This document shows positions 49,547 to 64,000 of a stretch of 64,000 bases of DNA, piece by piece. The DNA lies in contig CM097885.1 in assembly GCA_044892525.1 (NCBI GenBank), forward strand, positions 139,934,001-139,998,000, written 5' to 3'. Below the pieces are notes generated by a model. That model had not been told where the DNA came from. It made no database searches and saw only the letters and a list, made by a program, of their open reading frames with translations. Each line of letters begins with the position of its first letter. The first letter of the stretch is position 1. The translations under genes were made by a program, and so were the position numbers. This DNA is from Schmidtea polychroa (taxonomy: Eukaryota).

Positions 49547-49742
49547 TTAATAGTGCGGATGGTATTCCTACTACCATCTATATTTTCAATAATGAAATAT
49601 TAATAAAATGTAATATTGTTTGTTTTTATTGTCTGAATATTTAAAACTCTCATAAAACTTTTTATTTTCCTTATTTTTCCTACTTTTCCTCTAAAATGTC
49701 AGTGCCGATGACAACTTTTATTTGTCGCTCATCAGTATTATT

Positions 49743-50896
49743 CAGCGGTTTCTAAACTTTATGCTACTACGCCTGCCTAAAGCAAATTTTTTCTAGGCAC
49801 CTCCCAACCTTAATAATTTTATAGGTATAATAAAATATTAATATAATATTTATTTTTATATTAAATTACTAAATAAACTATCTCTAACGCATCAAAATTT
49901 AATGTTGTTTATTTGCACAGCTTATCAAATCTTAAGGGCAATGTGGAGAGTGTCACTCGTAACTAATTTTCTATTATTAAGCTGTCTCGATATTTGGTTT
50001 TCATTTTAGCTAGTGCCAAAAAACCCGTTTTGTATAAATAGGAGGTTACAAAATGGTTGAAGCACTTGTATTGCTTTGTAAAACAAAGATTCTTAGTTTC
50101 CACAATAATTCGTTTAACAATAAAATGATCGTTCCTACACAATTATGCTTCTTCATGATGGTTTTCTTCGAGAAATGTTGTTATTTCTTCTCTGAGACAA
50201 AACACCATTTGATTCATTTTTGCACAAGATAGCCAGCGAACTTCAGAATAATACAAAAGTGAAGTATAATCAGCTTCATATCAATACACAGCTTTGCAAA
50301 CAGCCTAGCTCTCAATTTACTGCTGTTAATGTAGTTTATAATTTTTAATACTTCTGTAAAAATGCTGTTCAGTTCCTCGCTCATATTTTTATACACTAGA
50401 GGTACTCTGTGAATCATACAGTGCGTCCAGATAGCATGATTATGCTTTCCCTTTAACCAATGTTTGAAGACATGGTTTTTGTCCGGACATTGAGTGAGCT
50501 CCGTTTGTAAACAGTCCAACGCAATTATTCCACGTTATATCATTTTCTTCAAAAAAGAATTCTACATACCGACAATATGCTTCCGTTGACACTTTAACCA
50601 CGAGTGGCGTTTAAATTTGAGGTTATTGTTTCATGCACCTAGCGGCCGTTCTGTGCATTACCGAAACAGTGTTTGCAAAAGCGCTATTTTTAAAATCTTT
50701 TCTCTCGAGATTTTTATTTAAGAATTAAATGTGTATAAAAATGAAAGAAAAATAAAAAGAAACATTTATCTAATGCAATTTTACTGTTAAGTTATGATAT
50801 GATGTCATATTTAATTGTAAAAATTATTTTTTATTAAAGTTTGAGGTTTTTAATAATAAAGTTTTTATTAATTCTCCCCCAGTTCTGAAACCACTG
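49743..50896 (-). mobile_element. Non-autonomous hAT (Buster/Charlie-like) element with transposase relic
   Basis: TIRs CAGCGGTTTCTAAACT / AGTTCTGAAACCACTG. TSD GTATTATT vs GTCTTATT (one mismatch). Minus-strand WTHCMIHR and frameshifted YSEVRWLS motifs. Confidence 0.85.
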
Positions 50897-51728
50897 GTCT
50901 TATTGGAATAGTCTATGAAAGTTTTGCTAATTAATTTTGTGTTTTAAAATATATTCTTACTCTATTTACATTTTTTTAAAATTAATTTTTGTATTATATT
51001 AACTTTTCTTACTAATTTTATATATATTTATTTTACTTTTTTGGCTTCCTTTTCAAGTTTACATTTTTCGCATTTTTTTGTTTAAATATAATTTTCTTGG
51101 ATTTTCGCCAACACTAACAAATCGATCTTAAATGTAACAAACTTACATTTATTACGTTATTAAAATTATCAACAGTAAAAAAGAATTTAAAAAAATTAAG
51201 GGAAAACAACGAAGATTAGCCACAAAAGTTTCTTTACTAGATCGTATCCAATGCAACTTTTTATTGAGTATATAACAAAAAATGCTCTTTCTAAAATAGA
51301 AATCCAACTTTTCAGCTAATAGATATTTTGAGTAGTCAAAAGGAAGCGTATTCAACAAAATCAATAATTTATATAAACAAAATACAGGCAAATCAATAAA
51401 TAGATCAATTCTGTAAATGTTCATTTAGAGATCAGCGAAATACAATAAAATCAATCCTATAATTTATTTCCAACGCTATCAATTGAATGAAAACAAATTA
51501 GTAAAAACCTTTGAAAACTTTACCAAGCACAAAGGGTCTAACATTTCAACTCTATAATATTTCTTATCAAGATCCAACAATTTTTTAATATCGTTTATAT
51601 ACATGACGACAAACCAGTTTAACATCAAGCAAATAATTGGCTACCAAAACACGCATTTATAATCTAATTCATTATTTATCAATAGCAACATAAAATAAAC
51701 CAAACTTGTAACCAGAAATAAGCGATAA

Positions 51729-51764
<36 letters not shown>
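51729..51764. repeat. (AAT)n microsatellite, with a TA/TGTA run at ~51829-51888
   Basis: Direct reading. Confidence 0.9.
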
Positions 51765-51766
<2 letters not shown>

Positions 51767-52088
51767 ACGATAAAAATAAGAACGACAAATAACTAATAAC
51801 TTTCCGAAAAGGTTGCCAATGTCAAAAATACTATATATATATGTATGTATGTATATGTGTATGTGTGTGCTTGTGTATGTGTATGTAAAAATGAAAAAAC
51901 TAAATGCAATGACCATGGGGATTCATGTAAAGATGGATTGATAAATTGACAGAGGCAGAAAAGTTCCATAAAAACAGTTGTACATTATGAATCATAATCA
52001 TAATAATATTAATAAAGAATAGGATGAATTAATCATGTTTTGTCCATTCATAAAAAGTCAATGTTTATTTACACTGTTAATTTCTCAT

Positions 52089-52238
<150 letters not shown>

Positions 52239-52817
52239 TTAGAAAATTTGTCAGTGTGTTTCAATATGTACTAACAAACTTGGAAGGAAAAAGGACTAGA
52301 AGAAATTTTGAAATTAGAAATTAATATTTTTTCAAAGGTTTCTGAGTTCGATTGAAATATTCGCAATTTCATTAATCACTTTGTAATTTTTTAAGATTAT
52401 AGAAATAATTACTAAACCAGGGATAAACATCGAGTGTGAAATATTCTTTAAAAATTTTGTTTAATTTTTGGAAGAAAACTGAAATGAATTAAAAATTATA
52501 GAAAATATAAATAAAAATAGAAATTAATTTGAAAATATTGTTTTTTTTGGATCGGGATTCTGTTAGGGCCCTTGGTGCACTTAAATGCAGACTTACTGAA
52601 TCAAATGAGTTAACAGAGCAAAAATTACCCGTATAACGAGCGACGAACTATTAACTAGTGAAATGAATTTATTAACAAGAATATATATGAGTGTTTCCGA
52701 AAGAACTTCGAAAAGTGCACTAAAGAATGTTTTCAGTTTTCGTCTTGTGAGTGTTTATTTTGGTTAAGAAAATGAATTGTTTTTAATCTCAAATTCTATG
52801 TAAACATTCCTCTAATT

Positions 52818-53030
52818 CAGCGGTCTTCAAATTTCAAAAGCTCGCGGAGCCCTTATATGAAATGATGCATTACAAATTAGATTTTATTTAAGTTTTTTTA
52901 TGAAATTCTTGAAATTTTTATTTGTTGTTTGATGAAAAATGAAAAATTTTTATTGATGTTTTTTGGTGAGAAATGAAGCAATTTCTTTTGGTACCCTATG
53001 GTTCCGCGGAACACAGTTTGAAGACCACTA
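52818..53030. mobile_element. hAT MITE (213 bp) in a SMAD intron
   Basis: TIRs CAGCGGTCTTCAAA / TTTGAAGACCACTA. Perfect TSD CTCTAATT. Confidence 0.9.
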
Positions 53031-54278
53031 CTCTAATTTATTAAAAAGAGCTTGAAGACTATCACTCAGTAATCATATCGATGTTTTTGATATTCACGAA
53101 TTTTCGGTAATGCTTTTTTCAAGTGAATTTGATCTAATTTTCCTCTAATTATCTTTTATGTTAGCTCGGAAAAATTAAACAAAGGTTTTCCCTTTGGTTT
53201 CTGATGAAGCTCCTACACACGAAATTAAAACTAAGTGAAAAATTAATCCAAATGTTTAAGAATCACTGCTCCAGTTTACCCTACAATCCTTTTTATATGC
53301 ATGTTGCATACACGTTTTTACTGGAAAGTATCTTATAAGTTTGACAGAACTTGCATTTGAATTTTTTTAATATTATAATTTTTAGTTTATTCTACAACCC
53401 GCTGGAGAAATGTTGTCAGTATAATTATACTTGTTATCACTCGTATCAAATCTTTTTTGTAATTTAGTTAGCAAAAGTAACAAAACTTGGCACATCTAAA
53501 TGATAATATTGGTCATCAATTTGCACACGATTTCCGTTAATGGTAAACAATTCCATTGATCTGTGTAACATGCCTTGGAATAACTGTTCCTCAATGATTT
53601 TTATTCATTTCCCCTACATTTTCAAATCGAAATCAAACGTCAACAGTTTTAAGCAACGGCTCAAAATTAAATAATGTAAAATGTTTTGAAAAAATTATAA
53701 AATTAATTGATATTATTAAACTAAATTTTAATCTCGAATTTAATTTCAATTATTTCTAAAAAGATACAAAAAAATAATGAAAAATCATTAAGATATTATA
53801 ACGCTTTACATTTCCCTTTATTCCTGGCTTGAAGTTTGAATTATTATGGTATCCTCATGTAAACTACCTATAGTCTGAAAATGGATTCTCATGTTAGGCA
53901 CCTTAACCAGATGTTTGGTTCATCCAATATTACCAGTTCTGCTTATGAAAAATGTCCTGGTGGAACTCTTAGCCTCTTTTGAAGTATCCATTAGGGACGT
54001 CCCCTAAGAACGATGATAGGCTATTCATAACCGAGATAAATGGGGACAATATGAATGAGGTTCGAGAAATGAGTACATAAACCATTACCACCTTCAGGTT
54101 CAGTTTATACTTTCATTAAAATCCGCCTATAACTTTCTGACTATTATTTAACTTGTCATTTGCAAGAAAATTTAATTACCACAAATTATTTGGAATTTTT
54201 TAGTAAGATTTTCTGTTGAAAATTCATATAAAACCCAACACCCTTGTTATTTGAATATTATTTTATCAGTTCTTTTAA

Positions 54279-54484
54279 CCCTTTAAATTTCATAAAAAGT
54301 TAGAAAATGTGTCAATTATCCGTCAAAAAAAAGTTAAAGATATCACTGTGATTTGAAACACGCGTAGGACGACCAAGAGAGCATAATACATTTATAATAT
54401 ATTAAAAAAATTTCCCTTAGGGGTTGTTAAAAGTAGTTACAAAGGTATATTCAATAATATTCGGATTTATCCGCATCTAAAGGG
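54279..54484. mobile_element. piggyBac-type MITE (206 bp)
   Basis: TTAA|CCCTTTAAAT ... ATCTAAAGGG|TTAA. Confidence 0.7.
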
Positions 54485-55450
54485 TTAATAGAGTCTATAA
54501 ATGATTCTGTCTCAATATTAGCTGAGGTTTTGTCTGTGTCAAAAACTGTCTACAGAAATATGTTTGATATTATAGATCACAATGAAAGAACGAGTAACCT
54601 TTAGAAACTTTCTCCAATATTTTATTAGTTAAGAAACAGTTGTTTGATCTTTATATATAATTTTATTCTGGAAAAATGTGTTCTATTTAAATACGATAAA
54701 TTTTATGTCCTGAATTTCTTCTGGTTTTGAAGGAGTCTCCCAAAAAGGGACAATGGGGAGCGGGTAAAAAAGGACGTAATTAATTTCAATATGTTTGAAA
54801 ATTACATCGACATTAACTTGATCTGATGCGTGGTTAAAGAAATAAATCACAAATAAATCTAAAGTTGTTAATTAGATCAATGACAACAAGCGCTTGTTCA
54901 CATTTATTTTTTAAATTTGCATATTTATTGTTATTTAATTCGTTTATAAAAAACAAAAATTTCTGATATATTTCATATATTAAAATATTTTGATTAAGAT
55001 GAGAAACAGTCCCAACCTGTGTAAAACATTCGAAAATGTTTTGTTTTAAACGATTAAATTTTTATGGTAAACTAGAAATATTATTAAATTTTATTATAAG
55101 AACTTTTTTTTCAGATTTCACCACTGATTTCTTTTCCATTGTATTTATTAAATAGTTTGAAGACTAAGAATCAGTAAATATATCGATGTTTTTGATATAT
55201 TGACTGATTCATATTCTTCAAACTTTTTAATAATTATTTAATTTTATATGCAATTACTAAAAATAAGGGTTTTCTAAAGTGTAAAAATATAGTTGTAGTT
55301 GTTTCTTCCCGACCGAATGATAACATTGATCCTATGGAAATAAATCGTATGTAATGTTCGTGTGGAGTTTTAAATGTTTTATTTTTTCACATTTAATCTG
55401 TTTTTATTTTCTCTTAACATTGAATTTATTTTCATTACGATTATATAGAT

Positions 55451-56372
55451 CAGTGTTTCCCAAACCGGGGTACGCGATGGAATTTGTTGGGGTACGCAGG
55501 CCTTTTCAGATATATTTTCTGTTTTAAATTGTCTCAATCTATCTTTGCAAGGCAAAGAAGTTTCAATATTTCAGGTTCACGATAAAGTAAAAGCTACTAT
55601 AGAAAAATTAAAGCTTTGGCAAAGACAAATTCTAAATAAAGAAGTGGATTCATTTTCATCTCTTCATGATTTTATAATTAATTCTGGTAATACAATTGAT
55701 GATGATATTCTGAGCTATATATCTCAGCATTTGGAGAATTTGCAAGTTGGTCTCGAAAAATATTTCCCTGATTTAAAGAAAAATATAGAATGGATAATAT
55801 ATCCATTTGATATTAATATAACATCGATGCCAGAAGGATTATCATATGCAGAAGAAGAAAGCTTATTAGAAATATCTTCAGATGGTTTCTTGGAAAAAAA
55901 GCATATGAAAGGCTCTTTGCCATCATTCTGGTTACACCTACAATCAACATATCCTTCATTATCAGAAAAGGCCCTGAAATGCATCTTTCCCTTTCCAACA
56001 TCATATTTATGTGAAGTTGCTTTTTCTACATTTGTAGATATTAAATCGAAAAAAAGAAATAGGCTTTTAGATGTTGAATCTCATCTAAGATTAAAATTAA
56101 CCAAAAGAGAACCAAATTATGATGAATTATTATCTCAGCATAAGCAATTTCATCCTTCTCATTAATTACAATAAATTAAGTATATTATTTTTTATTTTAC
56201 AATATTTCAGTTATTTAATTTTTCGTTAATGCTATTAATTTAAAGGTCGTATATTTTAAAAAAGATATTATAAAAAAATTTAGTCATTATATAAAATTTT
56301 AAAGCAAATGGGTACATTATATAATGAAAATGACCAAGGTGGTACGCAGTATCAAAATTTTGAGAAACACTG
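55451..56372 (+). mobile_element. Internally deleted hAT (Buster-like) element retaining the transposase C-terminal dimerisation region (55545-56165)
   Basis: TIRs CAGTGTTTCCCAA / TTGAGAAACACTG. Perfect TSD ATATAGAT. Motifs FWL..YPSLSEKAL..FPFPTSYLCEVAFS and KKRNRL. Confidence 0.92.
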
Positions 56373-56465
56373 ATATAGATCTATTTCCCCCTGTATAACA
56401 CAAATTAATTAAAAAAAAATTTTAAAAACTTAAAATTTCAATAAATTATTGAAGTTTAAATATTA

Positions 56466-56633
<168 letters not shown>

Positions 56634-56797
56634 TTACTTTTCAGGTGTTTGAATTAGTATAAACCAACAATATTGATAATAATATATAATAGTTCACTTT
56701 ATATAAAAACAATTTTTCAGATGAAAAAGATGATTGATTAAAGTTTGGCTAATAATGCAATAAAATTTAATTTGCATTTTGATTAGACTTTCCAAAG

Positions 56798-57082
56798 NNN
56801 NNNNNNNNNNNNNNNNNNNNNNNNNNNNNNNNNNNNNNNNNNNNNNNNNNNNNNNNNNNNNNNNNNNNNNNNNNNNNNNNNNNNNNNNNNNNNNNNNNNN
56901 NNNNNNNNNNNNNNNNNNNNNNNNNNNNNNNNNNNNNNNNNNNNNNNNNNNNNNNNNNNNNNNNNNNNNNNNNNNNNNNNNNNNNNNNNNNNNNNNNNNN
57001 NNNNNNNNNNNNNNNNNNNNNNNNNNNNNNNNNNNNNNNNNNNNNNNNNNNNNNNNNNNNNNNNNNNNNNNNNNNNNNNNNN
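56798..57082. other. Assembly gap (N run)
   Basis: Direct reading. Confidence 1.
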
Positions 57083-58121
57083 TATTTTCAACAAGTGCCA
57101 AAACAATTTTCTTAAATAAATAATGCCAATTTTAAAAATTCAAATTTTTTATTAAAATCATTCATTAATATTACTGCTAATTTTTCACAATCAATTGGAT
57201 CATCATTCATCGCTATTTTAAATTGAATATTTAAAATTGAATTTAGTAATCGATTTCTGTGTTTATTTTTAATTATTTTCAAAACTGATCTCTTTCGACT
57301 GTAGATTAATAATATACAATAATTATTGATTTCAAGGTTAGGGAAATTGCTTCGAAAACTTTAACAAATATGGAAGTTTACAGAGTGGCAATAAAAAGGC
57401 CAACGTGTGCCAAATTTGGCACACCTGCCACACATTGGGTACCACTAAGGTATAATATAAATTATAAAAGCCTTCCAAAATATGTTAAATTAGACATTAT
57501 TTAAGTCTCAATAAAATATCCAAGTAATATTCCAATAAAACAAAATTATTTTAATAATTGGTAATGTAATGGGATTAAAATTCACATACTAAATTCAGCA
57601 AACTATTTTTTAAAATAAACTTTTGAATTCTAAATAAACTCTCCTTGTAATTGACTTCTCAAGTTTCCTTGACATATGTAACCTGTCAAAAGCGGTGCTA
57701 AGTTGGTCTCAGAATCGTCAGTAGCAGTTTGCAATACGAAGTCCAGAAACGGTTGTTTTTATTATCTCTGTTAATAATGCCATTAGCAAATTATCATGTG
57801 AAATAATTAGACACTTTGATATATAATGTATTGTATTTCTTAAATGAACATGGTTAGTGTCAAAAAACCTGTTTTTCATTATAATTATGCTTGTATCATT
57901 GTTCATCTGATTTTCAGAATTCTAGGAAGTCCTGCATAATAGCATAACATAAAAAAATTGATCTTTGGGAACCCTTATGATCAATTATAATAATTTGTAA
58001 TGGCAGACTCTACTAGACTCTTGATAAAATTCGTAGTTTCCTCTGTATCTGGACTGACAACCTCACCATTTACTTTGAAATTGTGTATATAGGTTATGTT
58101 TATAAAATGGACATTATGCAC

Positions 58122-58763
58122 CAGGCACGTAGCTAGGAAATGGGGCATAGGAGGCATTTGTTCCCCTCCAAAAAATAAATTATAGATGATCAAATACAAA
58201 TTAGAGATGAAATATTTTAATAAAACCTTTATTTTGGTTTTGCTATGAGAATTGAATGAGAATAAAAAGACAAAGTATATTTTTAGTTAAGTCTTTTCAA
58301 ATCCAAGACAGTACAACTATGCTCGCGCTAGCTATTCTTGTAGTTTTTCGGTCTTTTCGGCACAACAATGACATAAACAAGTGCCGGTTTAATCGTCTCG
58401 GTTATATGTATCGTTGTGCTCGGTTATGCGTGCAAACCACCCCAACTTCTCCGTATTTGACACATTTATCTGTATTAGAAATACCATGGGAAAAGGTTAA
58501 ACGGTTTGGCTATGTTATATATTCATCAAGACATTAAAATAAGCCCGGATGAAATAATTTCTGAATTAATGAAGGGACAAAGACGAATTAATACTATATT
58601 GTAATATATTCTATGTAACATACATTGTTAATCATTAATAATAAATTTGTTAATCATCTTAAAATATTTTCTATTTTTCCCTGTCAACTTTTAACATTGC
58701 TCGATGAATTGCAATAATTAATAATTTTGCCCCCCTCCAGCTGAAATGTTGGCTACGTCCCTG
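58122..58763. mobile_element. hAT-type MITE (642 bp)
   Basis: TIRs CAGGCACGTAGC / GCTACGTCCCTG. Perfect TSD TTATGCAC. Confidence 0.9.
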
Positions 58764-59662
58764 TTATGCACTAATTACGCTTTAAATAATGATATATTTT
58801 AGTTTTAACTTACAAACACTTGAAAAAGAATGCCACAATTTGTGTAAAATATCGATCTATAGTCCAGAACTATATAAGGATAAAGAAAATTTGGTAAAAT
58901 GTCACATAAACGTATTGTCATTAATTTTGATTGAACACAGTTTAGATCGTCCAGTTTAAACTGCAATCTATTTAAGCCTTATTTCTAACTAATTACGTTG
59001 TTTAATAAGAAGTATGTCAAGATTTAGCTTTTAAAATGATCGATAAGTATCGCAAACAAATTAGAGAACATGCAAAAATATGGGACACATTTTCTTTTAT
59101 CTTTAGAATCCTATTTACATTTGTTCGACATAATTAATGGTTATGCAAAAAAGTGCAATTGATTGCACTCTACGAAATCAAAAGTATGAAACCTTACTGA
59201 TATTGTAATCATTTCATTTGAATATCTTCGTTTTTTCTGATTCTTAATCTACTGTTCATACAAAATAGAAATATAATTAGGGAAATCATCTTAAAACATT
59301 TTTTATATTGTTTTAAATATTAAAGAATTGTAGTTGGTTGAAACCTTTTAATAATAAATATTCATATAGCCTTAGTAGTAAAATATTGTTAATAATATTT
59401 TGTAAATGCTACGGGTTTTAATATCATAGATGTTAGATAATATAATTAACAATTTAATTAAAAATTTTGTGAATGTATATTATTGATTGATGTTATTTGA
59501 ATAATATTATCGATAATTTGAATTAATAAAATTTATAATATTTAGAACTTTTAATTGTGGATGTTATAAATACAAAAAGTACTCTAGCTAATAAAAATAT
59601 TTAATATACACAAATAAATTCATTGTCATAATAAATTTATAAGTATATAATCAGAATTATTA

Positions 59663-60361
<699 letters not shown>

Positions 60362-60841
60362 TCAATTCAAAGACAATTCGAATAGTTTTTTAAGCAAATA
60401 TAATACGAAAATTATTATTACCCATAAAATTATATTTTAAAATGTGGAGTTAATGATTTTTAGAAACATTTTTTAATTTTAAAACTTTGAAAGCATCAAA
60501 TTTCTTGTTAGCAAAAAATCCAAATTTTTCTTACGATTTGGAATCAATTATTTTTTTTTGTTAGCTGTACTTGCAAATGTTATTTCACATTATCATATAA
60601 GATCCGATTTATTTATTCTTGTGGTTCGTACTATTTAATCGTTGCATATTAATCAAATTTAATGTAATAAAAAATGAGATAATTTAATTTAAGAAATTGA
60701 TTTATTAGATTGAAATCATGTAAAAATGTCACATAGTACATTTATTTATTGCTTCGAACCATTAAAATTATTGTTTCATAATTCTGAAAATTTGTTAGTC
60801 TTGGTAATAAATCATTGTTTTAAAATTATAGGTTATTCCGT

Positions 60842-60975
60842 NNNNNNNNNNNNNNNNNNNNNNNNNNNNNNNNNNNNNNNNNNNNNNNNNNNNNNNNNNN
60901 NNNNNNNNNNNNNNNNNNNNNNNNNNNNNNNNNNNNNNNNNNNNNNNNNNNNNNNNNNNNNNNNNNNNNNNNNNN
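60842..60975. other. Assembly gap (N run)
   Basis: Direct reading. Confidence 1.
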
Positions 60976-62616
60976 ATTTCACTAACCAAATCATAACAAT
61001 CTGTAGGGAAAGAAATTATTCTTAACTTACCATCACATTTCAACATGTAATCATTGCTACAAACATTACATTCACTTAAAATTTGAGATCCAAAATCAAT
61101 TAAGAAATTTTATATTTTAACAAAAATAATTTTATTCGACTAAAAAATTCCGAAACACACCCTGAAAGACATTTGTATTAAAATTTAAATCACAACGAAT
61201 GCAAATTTAATAGAATTGATAATAGTTTTAAATATTAAAAAAATAATAATTAAATGAATACCTAAAAACCTAAAAATAAAACAAAACAACTATTCGGTAA
61301 GAGTAAAGTGCAAACGAAATGTCAACAAACTTGATTACAAATTATTTTTAAAAAATATATGCCAAGAATAATATGTTGGATTTTTTTAATTTCAAAATAA
61401 TGAAGTCATGAAGTTAGAGCTCGGTTGATTTTTATATAAAAAAGATTCATTATTAACAATAATTATAAATTATAAATTATAAAGTTTAAATGCCATTCTA
61501 TTATTATATGCGTGAAATGATTGAAATAAATATGCAATAAATATCATTTAATAATTTATTAAATATGTTAGTAGATGAATTATATAAAATATTCAATTGT
61601 GAGTATTTATCATATAGTCGCTTTGCATTAAATTTAATTTGTATATTTATGTCAAGAAAAAAAGCAATATCATCTTCTGAATTAGTACAGTCAAAAAAAC
61701 ATGTTACGTTCAATTTATGAGCCTGGCATTAAAAAATTCTTTAATCATGACATACAAACAATCCATGTTATTTTTCAAAGAAATTTCCATGACTATTAAT
61801 GCTTTTTTTGTTATTGAACAGTAAGATGCTGCATATGCTATTTAAATGTAAATCACTTAGTCTACACACTACTTGAGAAGATCAAACCTGAGAAAACTTA
61901 AACCTAAAAGATGCGAATGCCTTGTAAGACCAGAACTCTAAATTATTCTTGTCAAAATCTCTGGTATTAATAAATAATAAACACGTTTTACACTTTCTTC
62001 TGGTATGTTGTAATTTGTGTTAAAATTTCAACGGTTAATATGAAATGCTTCCAAGCATAAATAATTCGTATGTATTATCACGTTTTCCCGAAATTTGCTT
62101 CAGTTCTTATAACTAATTTACTTTTGAAAGTGTACTTTTCATAAAATCAAACATATTTTGAGAATATGTCGTAAAAATTGTCATTGAATACATTTTTACT
62201 GTTTTAAAACCACTTACGTAAGAAATACAATAGTTTTTGATAAGTAAGTAAGTAAGTAAGCAGAAAACCATCAGATTTCGCGCTGGCATTCCTAAGCACA
62301 CCTATATTCAATTTTAACCGTTAAAACTGATATTTCTTCAAACAATTTCACATTCTTTCCGAATTTTCGACTATCACAAGAAGGTTGTTGTACTAACATT
62401 TTATGATAATTAGAGAGGGGCACTTTATCAAAAACAGTACTCGATTCAATTTTTATATTTCTAATTTCTCTTTTCCAAATCCAAACAGAATAGACTTTAT
62501 TTAAATTTACCAATTATAATGATAATAATAAGAAGAGAAACATTAACTGACGATATTTAAATTGATATATTGTTTAAATATTCAGATTTTACAATAAAAA
62601 TATATTTGAAAATAGC

Positions 62617-64000
62617 GTGTTAGTTTTAATGATTTTTAATGAAAATGTTACTGGCGACCACGTCGAAATCGCAGCTCTGACGAGATCACAGCAAAGGCAG
62701 AAAATTGTTGAATCTTTGCCAAAGAATATTCAAGATTCAATTTATCCAGTGATAAAGAAGTTTTTTGGAGGAAAAGAAGAAAATGCACAGGACTGGCTTG
62801 TATCTATTGAAGAATTTGTAATGATAAATTCGCTCAATTTAAGAGCAGCATTCGATTTGTTATTACATGGAGACGCAAAAGAGTTATGGATGGCCTTTAA
62901 GGAAGCACAAAAGACTCCGGCCTCAGATCAATAGATAAAAAGATGGTTTATTTTAAAATATGTAAAATTCAAAAGTTTTTTGCAAATTATCGAAGACATG
63001 AGTCTGATAAAGCAGGTATCGGACGAAAGGTTTGAAAATTTTGTAATCAGAGTGAGGAAATTAGTGCGCAAAGTTCTTTCGCAAATCAAACACAAGACAT
63101 GATTGTCAAGGATATTGTAAGAAGACCTATGTATTCAGAAAAGGTTAAGGATGCAATTGCAATGAACCCAGAAGTATCTCTTACAGAAAAAGAGAAAGTG
63201 TGGCAGTCCAGTTTTAAAACCGGTAAATATGGCGCTCAGAGGGGCGTTTGGAAATAATCGCTTAGGTGACTTTACAACTTCGATTGTTTGGAATGAATTG
63301 TGTCAGAAAGTGAATGTAATTGTGGTTAGGGATATAAGTCCAAGTTTTGTGGGTGGAATGAATTTGATTTTAGCTTTTCAAATAAAACTTGTGCCAGATG
63401 CATCAATTGCATTAATAGATTGAGATACGGTTGGTGTTAGCTACAGTGATACCGAACGATGTAAAAAAGCGCTGGATGTTTTGGGACCAAATTCAGACCC
63501 AAAACTGTTGGAGTTAGTAACCATGTATAGTACGATCTTCATGCCATCAGATTTTGATCTAGGTTGTACTACTTTGGTTACACATAATATAAAAACGTCT
63601 GGAAATTCAATTATTCAAAATCATAGGCGCATGGCAATGCAGATAGAATCAAAAGTGGACGATATGATTATTAAATTATTAAAAATGGAAAGTTGGATCA
63701 ATCAGGATGTGTCAAGATATTAAGAAGGTTAATGAAGTTACTGAAAAATTCAGTTTTCCAATGGCAGATCCTCAAACAATATTCGATTCTTTGTCCGGAT
63801 CTTCAGTTTATTCGTTCCTAGACTTGGGGCAGGCATATTATCAGGTACATGTGGATGAAGCGTCTCAGTTAAAAACAGCGTTTTCTACAAAGAAAGGACA
63901 GTTTTGCTACAATCGAATGCCATTTGGATTATCCACAGCTCCAGCAACTTTTTTTTCAAAGACTTATGCACATATTATTTGATGATATTTTGTATAACGG
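62617..64000 (+). pseudogene. Decayed Ty3/Gypsy element (gag and RT fragments), probably intronic and antisense to SMAD; continues past the window
   Basis: KFFGGKEENAQDWL (gag), DLGCTTLVTHNI, and LDLGQAYYQV...KTAFST...RMPFGLSTAPATF (RT), with many stops and frameshifts. Confidence 0.88.

Noticed and set aside
56694-57123. ORFs spanning N runs (also 60726-61046)
   Set aside because: Artefacts of assembly gaps.

Overview
AT-rich animal (invertebrate-type) genomic DNA. About 44 of the 64 kb is two young, structurally intact, related Ty3/Gypsy LTR retroelements lying 379 bp apart. Element 1 (E1, 5074-35657, 30.6 kb) has 4.19-kb LTRs, a CGAC target-site duplication and a tRNA-Pro-type PBS. It carries one ~4,800-codon polyprotein ORF plus separate accessory ORFs: an IAP-type RING, a full-length TRAF, three coiled-coil ORFs, a small membrane protein and an LTR-encoded ORF. 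Element 2 (E2, 36037-49546, 13.5 kb) has 1.05-kb LTRs, a TTAA TSD and a Phe-like PBS. Both share an unusual domain order, read by eye from the translations: Gag - ubiquitin-like domain(s) - AT-hook - Bcl-2-like domain - signal peptide + chuvirus-type glycoprotein - protease - RT - RNase H - integrase - (ankyrin blocks, E1 only) - second signal peptide + FN3-like domain + TM. E2 also has an ORF with a degenerate ISG20/REXO4-like exonuclease domain that runs through the PPT into the 3' LTR. Most accessory ORFs have a splice-acceptor-like TAG just before the ATG. My inference is an enveloped, complex-retrovirus-like lineage carrying apoptosis/TNF/NF-kB-pathway modulators. Giant Gypsy elements of this size class ('Burro') are known from the planarian Schmidtea mediterranea, so novelty must be checked against them; I cannot identify the host species. 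The rest of the window holds the last three coding exons of a SMAD2/3 gene (minus strand), hAT, Tc1/mariner and piggyBac-type MITEs and relics, a decayed Gypsy element, a relic of a sister LTR ORF and two assembly gaps. All domain calls are from motif recognition, not database searches.
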